The notes below the pieces were generated by a model. It made no database searches, was not told where the DNA came from, and saw nothing but the letters and a program-made list of their open reading frames with translations. The position numbers were made by a program, and so were the translations under genes. A stretch of DNA of 26,200 nt from a virus. Its lineage: Duplodnaviria > Caudoviricetes. The DNA lies in the IMG/VR virus record IMGVR_UViG_3300035164_000036, positions 1 through 26,200 of that record. One strand, written 5' to 3'. Within the stretch, counting starts at the first letter, position 1, and each line of letters begins with the position of its first letter. Positions 1-8,195 of the stretch are shown here, piece by piece.

Positions 1-2
1 TG

Positions 3-110
3 GCTCAAGCTGATGAAATAGAAATACTCAAGCGTAATGTGCGTGACTTGCAGGAACAACTGACTGCTTCTCACGTTAGAATAAAGGAACTAACAAATGC
101 AAATCAATGA
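3..110 (+). CDS. Partial hypothetical protein, coiled-coil-like (AQADEIEILKRNVRDLQEQLTASHVRIKELTNANQ*)
   Basis: Open frame from window edge to TGA at 108-110; overlaps next gene start; heptad-like pattern. Confidence 0.6.
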   Translation, partial: AQADEIEILKRNVRDLQEQLTASHVRIKELTNANQ

Positions 111-294
111 ACCAACTAAGCAGATGATACGAGAGATTGTAGTCGAACTGTTTAAAGAAGTGGCATCCAAGCAAATGTTTGGAGTCAGTGATGAAGTGCT
201 ACACCTAGACCAACACTTACATGATTGGACAGGTAGGAAGATCGACAACTACAAAGTAAATGTATATGGTGCAACATTAGAGGAGAGATACTAA
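97..294 (+). CDS. Hypothetical early protein, 65 aa
   Basis: AAGGA SD upstream; TAATG coupling to next ORF. Confidence 0.7.
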   Translation: MQINEPTKQMIREIVVELFKEVASKQMFGVSDEVLHLDQHLHDWTGRKIDNYKVNVYGATLEERY

Positions 295-578
295 TGCAAC
301 CACAACACGTTAACCCACACCAACGCATCAAGTGGGAACCAACTATCAAACAGAAACAGATACGATGCAGACTATTCGGCAAGGACTTTGACAGCGTAGC
401 ACAAGCGTCAAGGTACTATCGTATCTCATACTCATGGGCTAAAGAAATGGTACACGCAGGGCGTAACCAAGAAACCTGGCCAAAGCAAATTCATCCCACA
501 AAAGGTAAGTGGCGTGACAAAATAGGAGAGGAGTGGCACTATGAAGTGGCTGATACTGATACTACTGTCGAAGGGTAA
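294..578 (+). CDS. Small putative DNA-binding protein (NUMOD1/HTH-like)
   Basis: GAGGAG SD; motif FGKDFDSVAQASRYYRISYSWAKEMV resembles a NUMOD1-type helix-turn-helix. Confidence 0.55.
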   Translation: MQPQHVNPHQRIKWEPTIKQKQIRCRLFGKDFDSVAQASRYYRISYSWAKEMVHAGRNQETWPKQIHPTKGKWRDKIGEEWHYEVADTDTTVEG

Positions 579-768
579 TCCCCTTGTCTTAGATCACCTA
601 CCATTTGAGACAGAGGATGACTGTGTTGCATATGTAAGTGATTACAATAACGCAGAGGAGTTTGCAGTAGAAGTAATTGCACATGCAGGTTTTAATGTAA
701 GAGTGATAGACTTATTCTGTATCACTAACCAAGAGAGGAAGACCTATGAGACTATACAAAAACTCTAA
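541..768 (+). CDS. Hypothetical protein with hydrophobic N-terminus and two Cys, 75 aa
   Basis: GAGGAG SD; MKWLILILL N-terminus; similar pattern to 14088..14288. Confidence 0.7.
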   Translation: MKWLILILLSKGNPLVLDHLPFETEDDCVAYVSDYNNAEEFAVEVIAHAGFNVRVIDLFCITNQERKTYETIQKL

Positions 769-1066
769 CGGTGTGTGGGCAGGAACCCAAGCTGACGCAC
801 GTAAGTATTGCGGCAAAGTATACAGCACTGTAGATGTACCCACTGACAAGCCTAGTCTGTTGGCGTTCCTTAACCTCAACCAAGTGGGCAGTCTAGCTAG
901 TAGTCCTACCTTAGAAGAGGTGAGAACTGGTGAGCCTACCACCAGTGCAATGTCATGGTTCAGGTGGAGCTATGATTGTATGTGCAGAGGACAGTATGAG
1001 GATGCAAAGGAACACCTAGCCAAAGCATTAGAGTTATCAAAGGTAGAGAAGCAAGATGATTCGTAG
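746..1066 (+). CDS. Hypothetical phage protein, 106 aa
   Basis: GAGGA SD; overlaps neighbours in operon fashion. Confidence 0.75.
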   Translation: MRLYKNSNGVWAGTQADARKYCGKVYSTVDVPTDKPSLLAFLNLNQVGSLASSPTLEEVRTGEPTTSAMSWFRWSYDCMCRGQYEDAKEHLAKALELSKVEKQDDS

Positions 1067-1163
1067 AGTCAAAGATATTGAATGTGATAAGTGTGGTCAT
1101 GAGTTTAGCACCACTGACCATACGCAATGTCCAAAGTGTAAGGAGAGGACTGATGAAAAGTGA
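1056..1163 (+). CDS. 35-aa zinc-ribbon microprotein (MIRRVKDIECDKCGHEFSTTDHTQCPKCKERTDEK), not in ORF track
   Basis: Read by hand; two CxxC motifs; fills the gap between 746..1066 and the ATG at 1153. Confidence 0.7.
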   Translation: MIRRVKDIECDKCGHEFSTTDHTQCPKCKERTDEK

Positions 1164-1329
1164 GAAGTTAAATATAGAGGTGACGTTATCTAGTGAGAAC
1201 TCATGCTACTTAGGTATAAAGGATTACATTATATATGTAGAGGTGAGCAAAGCTACAGGAGACAAACCCCTTGTAAGTTTTTGGAAGAAAGGATGGGATG
1301 ATGATAGAGCTGTTACTGTCAGTCATTGA
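1153..1329 (+). CDS. Hypothetical protein (MKSEKLNIEV...), start revised from 1078
   Basis: AGGAGAGG SD before ATG 1153. Confidence 0.65.
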   Translation: MKSEKLNIEVTLSSENSCYLGIKDYIIYVEVSKATGDKPLVSFWKKGWDDDRAVTVSH

Positions 1330-1588
1330 AGAACCTAATCAGATACACAAGTATTGTATGTCCAAGCATGATCACTGGACAGGCAGGGCGGCTTGTGTCC
1401 AAGAGTTACGACACGCCCAACGCAAACTTGAAGTAGAAACACTAAGACAATTCTTAAAAGATAACCCACATTACAGGTATCCAGGTATGGCTTTGCCAAA
1501 CGGAAAAATAAAACCACTTGACGTATGCTGGGGATCTGATAAAACTTATTACATAGGAAGTGACAAACAGAAGAGGAGTAAGTGCTGA
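1298..1588 (+). CDS. Hypothetical protein, 96 aa
   Basis: AAGGA SD; TGATG coupling to next ORF. Confidence 0.65.
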   Translation: MMIELLLSVIEEPNQIHKYCMSKHDHWTGRAACVQELRHAQRKLEVETLRQFLKDNPHYRYPGMALPNGKIKPLDVCWGSDKTYYIGSDKQKRSKC

Positions 1589-1740
1589 TGTCATATGAAG
1601 TATGGTTTGGACAGAATGGTAAGTGGTTTGGATACCACTCATTCAAACACAAGATGGATGCCCAACGCTATGAGGAGCGTTACAAAAAGGTATTCCCTAA
1701 GTTAACTGTAGAACTACGGAGGAGAGAACATGCGAACTGA
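1588..1740 (+). CDS. 50-aa hypothetical protein (MSYEVWFGQNGKWFGYHSFKHKMDAQRYEERYKKVFPKLTVELRRREHAN), not in ORF track
   Basis: Read by hand; GAGGAG SD; TGATG overlap with upstream stop. Confidence 0.7.
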   Translation: MSYEVWFGQNGKWFGYHSFKHKMDAQRYEERYKKVFPKLTVELRRREHAN

Positions 1741-1963
1741 AGGATACTGGAATGTTAATGGGCATTGGAGATACAAGCCCACACAAAGCGAACAACAGCT
1801 TGCTAAAGTTGAACCCATAGATAGAGTTATCAATGAGTGTAGACGCAGAGCAGACGATGCTTGGTGGGAAGGTAGAGATGAAGAAGCTAGGATAGAAGAA
1901 GCCTACGCAAAAATATGGGAACAAGATAAAGAGGAGGGCATACTATGGGCAACGAACTTTTAG
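1730..1963 (+). CDS. Hypothetical protein, 77 aa
   Basis: GGAGGAG SD. Confidence 0.7.
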   Translation: MRTEGYWNVNGHWRYKPTQSEQQLAKVEPIDRVINECRRRADDAWWEGRDEEARIEEAYAKIWEQDKEEGILWATNF

Positions 1964-2046
1964 GTGCAGCATTCCCATTAATAATGGCAGTGGGTTGGTT
2001 TGTAGGTTTTGTCTGGCTATGGATAGCACATGCAAAGGGAAAGTGA
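1945..2046 (+). CDS. 33-aa single-TM microprotein (MGNELLGAAFPLIMAVGWFVGFVWLWIAHAKGK), not in ORF track
   Basis: Read by hand; GAGGAGG SD; about 20-residue hydrophobic stretch followed by a basic tail. Confidence 0.65.
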   Translation: MGNELLGAAFPLIMAVGWFVGFVWLWIAHAKGK

Positions 2047-2048
2047 TT

Positions 2049-2303
2049 ATGCAGAGGATACGAATGCGCCTTTCGATGATGTTACACATTGGGTGGGTAA
2101 CCTACCTAGTAAGGATACTGATAGCAATGAGCGTCCTATTAAACGTTATTCTTGGTGGCAGACTAAATCAAACATTCTCCGCAAGAAACTGGGAGTGGAA
2201 ACGAAACGAGAAGATTAATGTTGTGCGACTATTAGACACATTGCTTGGTGATGGTCATTGTAGTAGAGCATGGGCATACTGGAAGGTAAGGAGGAAATGG
2301 TAA
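2049..2303 (+). CDS. Hypothetical phage membrane-associated protein (start revised from 1995)
   Basis: ATG 2 nt after the upstream stop; TAATG coupling to the recombinase; motif LLNVILGG..NQTFSAR...GHC resembles a common phage small-protein family. Confidence 0.6.
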   Translation: MQRIRMRLSMMLHIGWVTYLVRILIAMSVLLNVILGGRLNQTFSARNWEWKRNEKINVVRLLDTLLGDGHCSRAWAYWKVRRKW

Positions 2304-3211
2304 TGAATATCCCGAAGCATAACTGTACGTTAGAAGAGGTAATAGACTTCTATCGTAACTCTGATGTATATCGTAGGTTGTCCTCCTCCTCACAAAAAGA
2401 CTACGATAATCATTTGTCAGCTACACTTATCACTGAGGTAGAGGGCAAAATGCTTCGGGCATATCGCTGTAAGAACTTGAAAGTTCGACACATAACACAA
2501 GCATACGAGCAATGGCTAAAGGTTGGTACACGTACTGCCAACTACAGACGTAGTGTCCTTTCTACTGCGTGGAAATATGCCATGCGACATGATGTGTTCA
2601 TTCACAATCCAATAGCTTTGGTTCAGACCGTCACTGAAAAACCAAGGCGAGTACATTGGAGTCGTGAACATGTGTCACTTTTTCTTGACACTGCTTACAG
2701 CGACTTTCGTTGGCGTAGTATTGGACTGATAGTTCATATGGCATATGATTGGGGTCAACGTGTAGGTGACATACGTCTGCTTACATGGGATAGTTTAGAC
2801 TTAAACCATTGTCGTATTGATATGACTCAGAGCAAGCGTAATGCAGAGGTACACCTCCCTATATCTCAAGGCTTGTGTTCCATGCTACGTCAACAGAAGG
2901 AGGAGTTTGGCTTTCAAGAGTACGTAGTGCCGAGAGTAAAGCCCAGAGCAGGAGCATATACACCCTATGACAAAGAAGAAATATCGTTACATATCAATAA
3001 GATCCTGGAAGAAGCTAATCTACCTAAAGAACTTACGGCTATGGATTTACGTAGGACAGCGGTCACAGAAATGATGGAAGGCGGTGTTGACTTGGTGGGT
3101 ATTATGCAAGTTACAGGCCACCAAAATGCAGCATCAGTCAAGCCATACATGGTTAACACATACAGTGGTGCAAGCAAGGCACTAGCAGCGAGAGGTAAAC
3201 AAGATGAGTGA
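2303..3211 (+). CDS. Tyrosine recombinase / phage integrase
   Basis: GQRVGDI (R), QSKR (K), MDLRRT (HxxR position), TGH, VKPY (Y); AGGAGG SD 8 nt before ATG 2303. Confidence 0.85.
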   Translation: MNIPKHNCTLEEVIDFYRNSDVYRRLSSSSQKDYDNHLSATLITEVEGKMLRAYRCKNLKVRHITQAYEQWLKVGTRTANYRRSVLSTAWKYAMRHDVFIHNPIALVQTVTEKPRRVHWSREHVSLFLDTAYSDFRWRSIGLIVHMAYDWGQRVGDIRLLTWDSLDLNHCRIDMTQSKRNAEVHLPISQGLCSMLRQQKEEFGFQEYVVPRVKPRAGAYTPYDKEEISLHINKILEEANLPKELTAMDLRRTAVTEMMEGGVDLVGIMQVTGHQNAASVKPYMVNTYSGASKALAARGKQDE

Positions 3212-3860
3212 TACTACACAAACTGCATTCAATCTGTCACTTACTGATACATACAGTGTTGATTGGGTATACGCAACAAAGTACACTAAAGATTGGAATT
3301 ATAAACGTGAAGTTTATCGACCCTCTCCTTCTTATATTAAGGAGATTATGGATTACAATCATGATACTGGTAAGCTTTATTGGAAGAAAAGATATAAAGG
3401 AGGAAAGGAGTATTCGAAGTTTAATAGCCAGTATGAAGGAAAAGAGGTACGTAGGAACCCCAAAGGGGGTACAAACCTTAAATTAAATAATCGCTACGTA
3501 CCAATAATGCATCACCATTTAGTTTGGTGTTGGCACTACGGAGAATGGCCTGATCAAGATTTAGTTATTGATCATATAAATGGAGACTCCACTGACAATA
3601 GGATAACAAATCTTAGGCTTGTCACTCATTTAGAAAACCACAAGAATAAAAAAATAGCTAGTAATAATACATCAGGTCATCGAGGAGTTTCTTTTTGTAA
3701 AAGGGCGAATAAATGGAAAGCTACAATACACGTTGATCAAAAGAAGAAACACCTTGGTTTTTTTAAAAATAAAGAAGATGCAATAATTATACGCCAAAGA
3801 GCAGAAAAAGAATATGGTTATCACGAGAATCATGGGAGACTAATCAATGGGGATTCGTGA
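3204..3860 (+). CDS. HNH endonuclease with C-terminal AP2 DNA-binding domain (free-standing homing endonuclease type)
   Basis: IDHINGDSTDNRITNLRLVTHLENHKN HNH motif; NTSGHRGVSF...KWKATI...KHLGFF AP2 motif. Confidence 0.9.
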   Translation: MSDTTQTAFNLSLTDTYSVDWVYATKYTKDWNYKREVYRPSPSYIKEIMDYNHDTGKLYWKKRYKGGKEYSKFNSQYEGKEVRRNPKGGTNLKLNNRYVPIMHHHLVWCWHYGEWPDQDLVIDHINGDSTDNRITNLRLVTHLENHKNKKIASNNTSGHRGVSFCKRANKWKATIHVDQKKKHLGFFKNKEDAIIIRQRAEKEYGYHENHGRLINGDS

Positions 3861-4662
3861 CTTTATTGATGATCTAGGCTTGAAAGAGGGCGATAGACAC
3901 AGAGGCGACTGCCCTCAATGCAGAGGTAAAAATACATTTACTGCTACCAATACACTAGGTGACATACAGTACAACTGTTTTAAATTAGGCTGTACAATAC
4001 GTGGCATCTATGTTACAGACATGACAGTAGCAGAAATACGCAGAAGACTAGAGGATCAACAGACACAACGTGCGTACACAAACATAAAGAAAGAGAAGGA
4101 GACTATGGAAATACCTGAGTATGTGGTGACCCCCAAGGCAAACCACACTAAGTACCAACGCTATGTAAGACGATGGGGCATAGCAATAGGTCAGACCATG
4201 TATGATGTAAAAGATGAACGTGTTGTCTTTCCTATCAAGCATGATGGTAGAATAGTTGACGCTGTGGGTAGAGCAGTAGGTAAGAAGCAGCACCCCAAGT
4301 GGTATCGTTACACAGGCGAGGCTGACTACTACACGATAGGCAATGGTAAAACTTTGCTGATAGTAGAGGATGTAGTCTCTGCTATTGTTGCATTCCAAGA
4401 AATACCATACCTTACAGCTATGGCTGTCTTAGGAACAAGCCTAAATCCCAAGCACATGGAAAAGATAGGAGAGTATGATAAAGTAATCATAGCCCTTGAC
4501 CCTGATGCTATTGGTAAGACAGTAGAGTATCGTAGAGAGATAGAGTTGTGGACAGGCCGCAAGACAACAGCGATGAATCTAATTGATGATATAAAGTATC
4601 GTGAGTATGAAGACATGGAGAAACTAAAGGAGTTAGTAAATGAGATTAGCAGTAGTAATTGA
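3847..4662 (+). CDS. DNA primase (Zn-binding + TOPRIM)
   Basis: CPQC...CFKLGC Zn site; LLIVED and ALDPD TOPRIM acidic motifs. Confidence 0.88.
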   Translation: MGIRDFIDDLGLKEGDRHRGDCPQCRGKNTFTATNTLGDIQYNCFKLGCTIRGIYVTDMTVAEIRRRLEDQQTQRAYTNIKKEKETMEIPEYVVTPKANHTKYQRYVRRWGIAIGQTMYDVKDERVVFPIKHDGRIVDAVGRAVGKKQHPKWYRYTGEADYYTIGNGKTLLIVEDVVSAIVAFQEIPYLTAMAVLGTSLNPKHMEKIGEYDKVIIALDPDAIGKTVEYRREIELWTGRKTTAMNLIDDIKYREYEDMEKLKELVNEISSSN

Positions 4663-4921
4663 TGTAGATGGTGACATCATGTATGTGCCAGAGGGTAAAG
4701 TGTTTCCAAACTTTCCAGAACCAAAGGTGTTTGATAGTATTGCAGATGCAGAGGAGGAACGTGATAAGTGGAACACTGGTATAATTGTTGACCTTGATAA
4801 CAACAATAAGACTGTGCCTGTAATCAGGTCATTTGATGATGAGGAAAAAAGAAGAGCAAAGGAACGAGAGGAGATGAACCGAGATGATGGAACTAGCACT
4901 GGTAAAGACGCTACTCAGTAG
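4640..4921 (+). CDS. Hypothetical protein between primase and helicase, 93 aa
   Basis: AAGGAG SD; overlaps both neighbours. Confidence 0.7.
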   Translation: MRLAVVIDVDGDIMYVPEGKVFPNFPEPKVFDSIADAEEERDKWNTGIIVDLDNNNKTVPVIRSFDDEEKRRAKEREEMNRDDGTSTGKDATQ

Positions 4922-6104
4922 AGAGTTTTACGATGAACATAAAGGTGTGCGTTGTCCTGAACGTATCTTCAGTAAGGATGTACGTAAGATAAAGCAAGCG
5001 TTGGATACAGCTATGGAGACATACGATGGTGACCTGTCTGTGTCTGACTTACAAGCTGTGTTCAACCGTATCAACGCAAGCATGACCACCGCTACAAGAA
5101 CAGCTTATGAAGATCTGTTCAAGCGTATCGAGATAGCTGAACCTATCAAGGATGAGATAGCAGAGGACACATTGTCTCAGTTGTTTCAGCAGCATGTCGG
5201 TGACCTTGTAGCTAACCTTGGCTTTGACTTTGTGAATGGCGCAGAGAATAGCCTTGAACCATTACGTAAACTATTAGAGGAATACAAAGATGACTTTACT
5301 CCAAATCTTCGTGTCGAGTGGGATGATCACAGTCTTGATACTATCCTTGATGCAACGGCACTTGAATCGAAATGGAAATTTAACATACCCAGTCTGGCTC
5401 GTAGGGTGGAGGGTATCAGTGGTGGTCATCTTATTTTGGTTGGTGCTCGTCCTAATACTGGTAAAACTAGTTTTCACGCCTCTATTGTAGCAGGGGCTGA
5501 TGGCTTTGCACATCAAGGTGCTAAGTGCATTGTACTCTGTAACGAAGAAGCCTACACACGTGTGGCTGCACGATACATCAGTGCGTCAACTCTTATGACT
5601 ATGAAAGAGGTGCGTGACAACAAGGCTCTAGCCGCAAAGAGATACAACTCTATCAAAGAACTAGTGCAGTTCAAAGACAGCACAGGTAAAGGTATGGACT
5701 GGGTTGAGTCAGTGGTAAAGTATGAACGTCCTGATGTAGTAATCCTGGATATGGGCGACAAGTTTGCCGACATCAGAACAGAGAGAACAGATATAACTCT
5801 CAAGGCAGCAGCTATCCATGCACGTAATATAGCCAAGCAGTATGACTGTGCTGTGGTGTGGATGTCTCAGCTATCAGCAGAGGCAGAGGGCAGGGCTGAC
5901 CTGAACCAAGCTATGATGGAAGGTAGTAAGACAGGTAAGGCTGCTGAAGCTGACCTGATGTTACTGATTGGTAAGACACAACAAGCAGAAGGAGAAGAGG
6001 AAGATCCGATTAGATATTTAAACATTGCTAAAAACAAACTTAATGGCTTTCAAGGTAAGATAACCTGTCAGCTTGACGGTTCTAGATCGTTGTATTCAGC
6101 ATGA
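4884..6104 (+). CDS. SF4 (DnaB/T7 gp4-like) replicative helicase
   Basis: Walker A GARPNTGKTS, Walker B VVILD, SQL motif, ADL..IAKNK. Confidence 0.9.
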   Translation: MMELALVKTLLSREFYDEHKGVRCPERIFSKDVRKIKQALDTAMETYDGDLSVSDLQAVFNRINASMTTATRTAYEDLFKRIEIAEPIKDEIAEDTLSQLFQQHVGDLVANLGFDFVNGAENSLEPLRKLLEEYKDDFTPNLRVEWDDHSLDTILDATALESKWKFNIPSLARRVEGISGGHLILVGARPNTGKTSFHASIVAGADGFAHQGAKCIVLCNEEAYTRVAARYISASTLMTMKEVRDNKALAAKRYNSIKELVQFKDSTGKGMDWVESVVKYERPDVVILDMGDKFADIRTERTDITLKAAAIHARNIAKQYDCAVVWMSQLSAEAEGRADLNQAMMEGSKTGKAAEADLMLLIGKTQQAEGEEEDPIRYLNIAKNKLNGFQGKITCQLDGSRSLYSA

Positions 6105-8152
6105 AGTTAGTACTAGATGTAGAGAATACTGTCACCAAGCGTGACGATAAGGTTCACCTTGATCCTTTCGAACCTACCAATCACTTGGTGCAGGTGGGTA
6201 TGCTAGATGCTGATGATCCTAAAGCTACCCTCACTATCAAGACACTGGATCACAATGAAGCTACAGACTTTACAGGTTTTCAAAGGTTAGAGATACAGTG
6301 GAACTTAGACAACACTGACTTACTTATCATGCACAACGCACAACATGACTTGATGTGGCTGTGGGAGTGTGGCTTTAAGTATGACGGTGACATCTATGAC
6401 ACCATGCTTGCTGAGTACATATTGGATCGTGGTCAGAGAAATGGCTTGAGCCTACAAGCTTGTGCAGAACGTAGACAACTAGAGGTACAGAAAGATGATA
6501 CACTCAAAAAATATTTTAAAGAAGGTAAAAACACAAACGAGATACCTTTGGCTGAACTCTGTCATTATCTTGAGCATGACTTGCTTACTACTTGTGAGTT
6601 GTACAAAGCCCAAGAGCGAGACTTTCTACTTCCCGAAGCATCTTCCCTTAGTACAATCAAAAGAGTTACCTTCAATACATGCAAAACCCTTACAGAAATC
6701 TATATGGCAGGATTCAAAGTCGATCTTCAAGAGTTGGAGCGAGTAGCAAAGGAGTTTGAAAATGAGAAAGCGGAAATCGAAACACGTCTGCAAAAGAAAG
6801 TCAGGGAACTTATGGGGGATACTCCGATCAACCTACGTTCACCTGAACAGAAATCGCAAGTCCTATTCAGCAGAAGAGTACATGACAAAAAAGAATGGGC
6901 TGATCTCTTCGAGTTCACTGCGACACAAGAAGAGTTTAAGGATGCCGTTAAAGCCAACTCCTCACCGATCTACAGGACACAGGCTTACACCTGCCCTAGT
7001 TGCGAAGGGCAAGGTAAAGTATACCGACTTAAAAAAGATGGAACAAAGTTTGCTAGACCTAATAAATGCAAAGATTGTGATGCGAAGGGATACAAACTAA
7101 AAGACACTCAACAGATAGCAGGGCTACGCTTCACTGCACCAAGCAAGAAGTGGGTCAGTGCTAATGGATTTAACACAGGAAAGGATGAGCTAGATGTATT
7201 ATCTTCAACTGCTAAACAAAATAGAATGGACGAGGCTATTGATTTCATTTCTGATCTTAAACGTCACAATGCTGTCTCTTCTTATCTATCAGCTTTTGTC
7301 AACGGAATACGATCATACACTAAGGATAGTGGATTCCTGCACGTTGGACTCACACAACACATTACAGCCACTGGACGTTTTAGTGGACGCAATCCCAACA
7401 TGCAGAACATGCCAAGAGGAGGCACGTTTCCTGTAAAGAAAGTATTCGTATCAAGATTTGATAATGGTTTAATAATGGAGGCCGACTTTGCACAACTCGA
7501 ATTTAGGACAGCAGCGTTCTTGGCGCAGGATGAAACAGCGATGGAAGAAATCGCAACTGGTTTCGATGTACATGCTTACACAGCAAAAGTTATCACTGAT
7601 GCAGGGCAACCAACATCACGTCAAGCAGCTAAAGAACACACGTTTGCGCCACTCTTTGGAGCAAGCGGTTACGGACGCACGAAAGCTGAAGCAACCTACT
7701 ACACCCACTTCAACGATAAGTACAAAGGCATAGCCAAGTGGCACAGGAAGTTGGGTGATGAGGCACTACGCTTCTTAAAGATAACAAATGTATCAGGCAG
7801 ACAGTACGCTTTCCCTGATGTGACAAGGCGACACAGTGGTGTACCAACGCACTTCACCATGATAAAAAACTACCCAGTGCAAGGCTTTGCTACAGGGGAT
7901 GTAGTGCCAGTGGTATTGAACGAGATGCATGAACGTTTACGACACATGAAGTCGTGTTTAGTCAATACTGTTCATGATTCTATGGTGGTTGACGTACATC
8001 CTGACGAGAAAGATTTAGTATTGTCTATGGTGTGGACACTTAACCAAGATTTAAACAAAATAATAGAGGAGACATATGGTATAGAAATGAATGTGCCTAT
8101 GCTTTTAGAAGCAAAGATAGGAAAGAATTGGCTTGACACAGTTGATGTATAG
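6101..8152 (+). CDS. polA: Family A DNA polymerase with 3'-5' exonuclease and DnaJ-like zinc-finger insertion
   Basis: ExoI VLDVE, ExoII HNAQHD, ExoIII YLEHD; TATGRFSG..PNMQN; motif A DFAQLE, motif B RQAAKEHTFAPLFG, motif C VHDS; CPSCEGQG/CKDCDAKG. Confidence 0.95.
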   Translation: MKLVLDVENTVTKRDDKVHLDPFEPTNHLVQVGMLDADDPKATLTIKTLDHNEATDFTGFQRLEIQWNLDNTDLLIMHNAQHDLMWLWECGFKYDGDIYDTMLAEYILDRGQRNGLSLQACAERRQLEVQKDDTLKKYFKEGKNTNEIPLAELCHYLEHDLLTTCELYKAQERDFLLPEASSLSTIKRVTFNTCKTLTEIYMAGFKVDLQELERVAKEFENEKAEIETRLQKKVRELMGDTPINLRSPEQKSQVLFSRRVHDKKEWADLFEFTATQEEFKDAVKANSSPIYRTQAYTCPSCEGQGKVYRLKKDGTKFARPNKCKDCDAKGYKLKDTQQIAGLRFTAPSKKWVSANGFNTGKDELDVLSSTAKQNRMDEAIDFISDLKRHNAVSSYLSAFVNGIRSYTKDSGFLHVGLTQHITATGRFSGRNPNMQNMPRGGTFPVKKVFVSRFDNGLIMEADFAQLEFRTAAFLAQDETAMEEIATGFDVHAYTAKVITDAGQPTSRQAAKEHTFAPLFGASGYGRTKAEATYYTHFNDKYKGIAKWHRKLGDEALRFLKITNVSGRQYAFPDVTRRHSGVPTHFTMIKNYPVQGFATGDVVPVVLNEMHERLRHMKSCLVNTVHDSMVVDVHPDEKDLVLSMVWTLNQDLNKIIEETYGIEMNVPMLLEAKIGKNWLDTVDV

Positions 8153-8160
8153 TGTATAAC
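8133..8160 (+). promoter_or_regulatory. Putative sigma70-type promoter for the SSB/nuclease block
   Basis: TTGACA (8133-8138), 16-nt spacer, TATAAC (8155-8160), at the largest intergenic gap of the + arm. Confidence 0.5.
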
Positions 8161-8195
8161 TAAGATCTCTTTGACTCTATAGAAAAGGATATAGA

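Noticed and set aside
221-1390. Similar peptides HDWTGR (97..294) and HDHWTGR (1298..1588), both with a TGGACAGG core
   Set aside because: Too short and no flanking similarity; chance is sufficient
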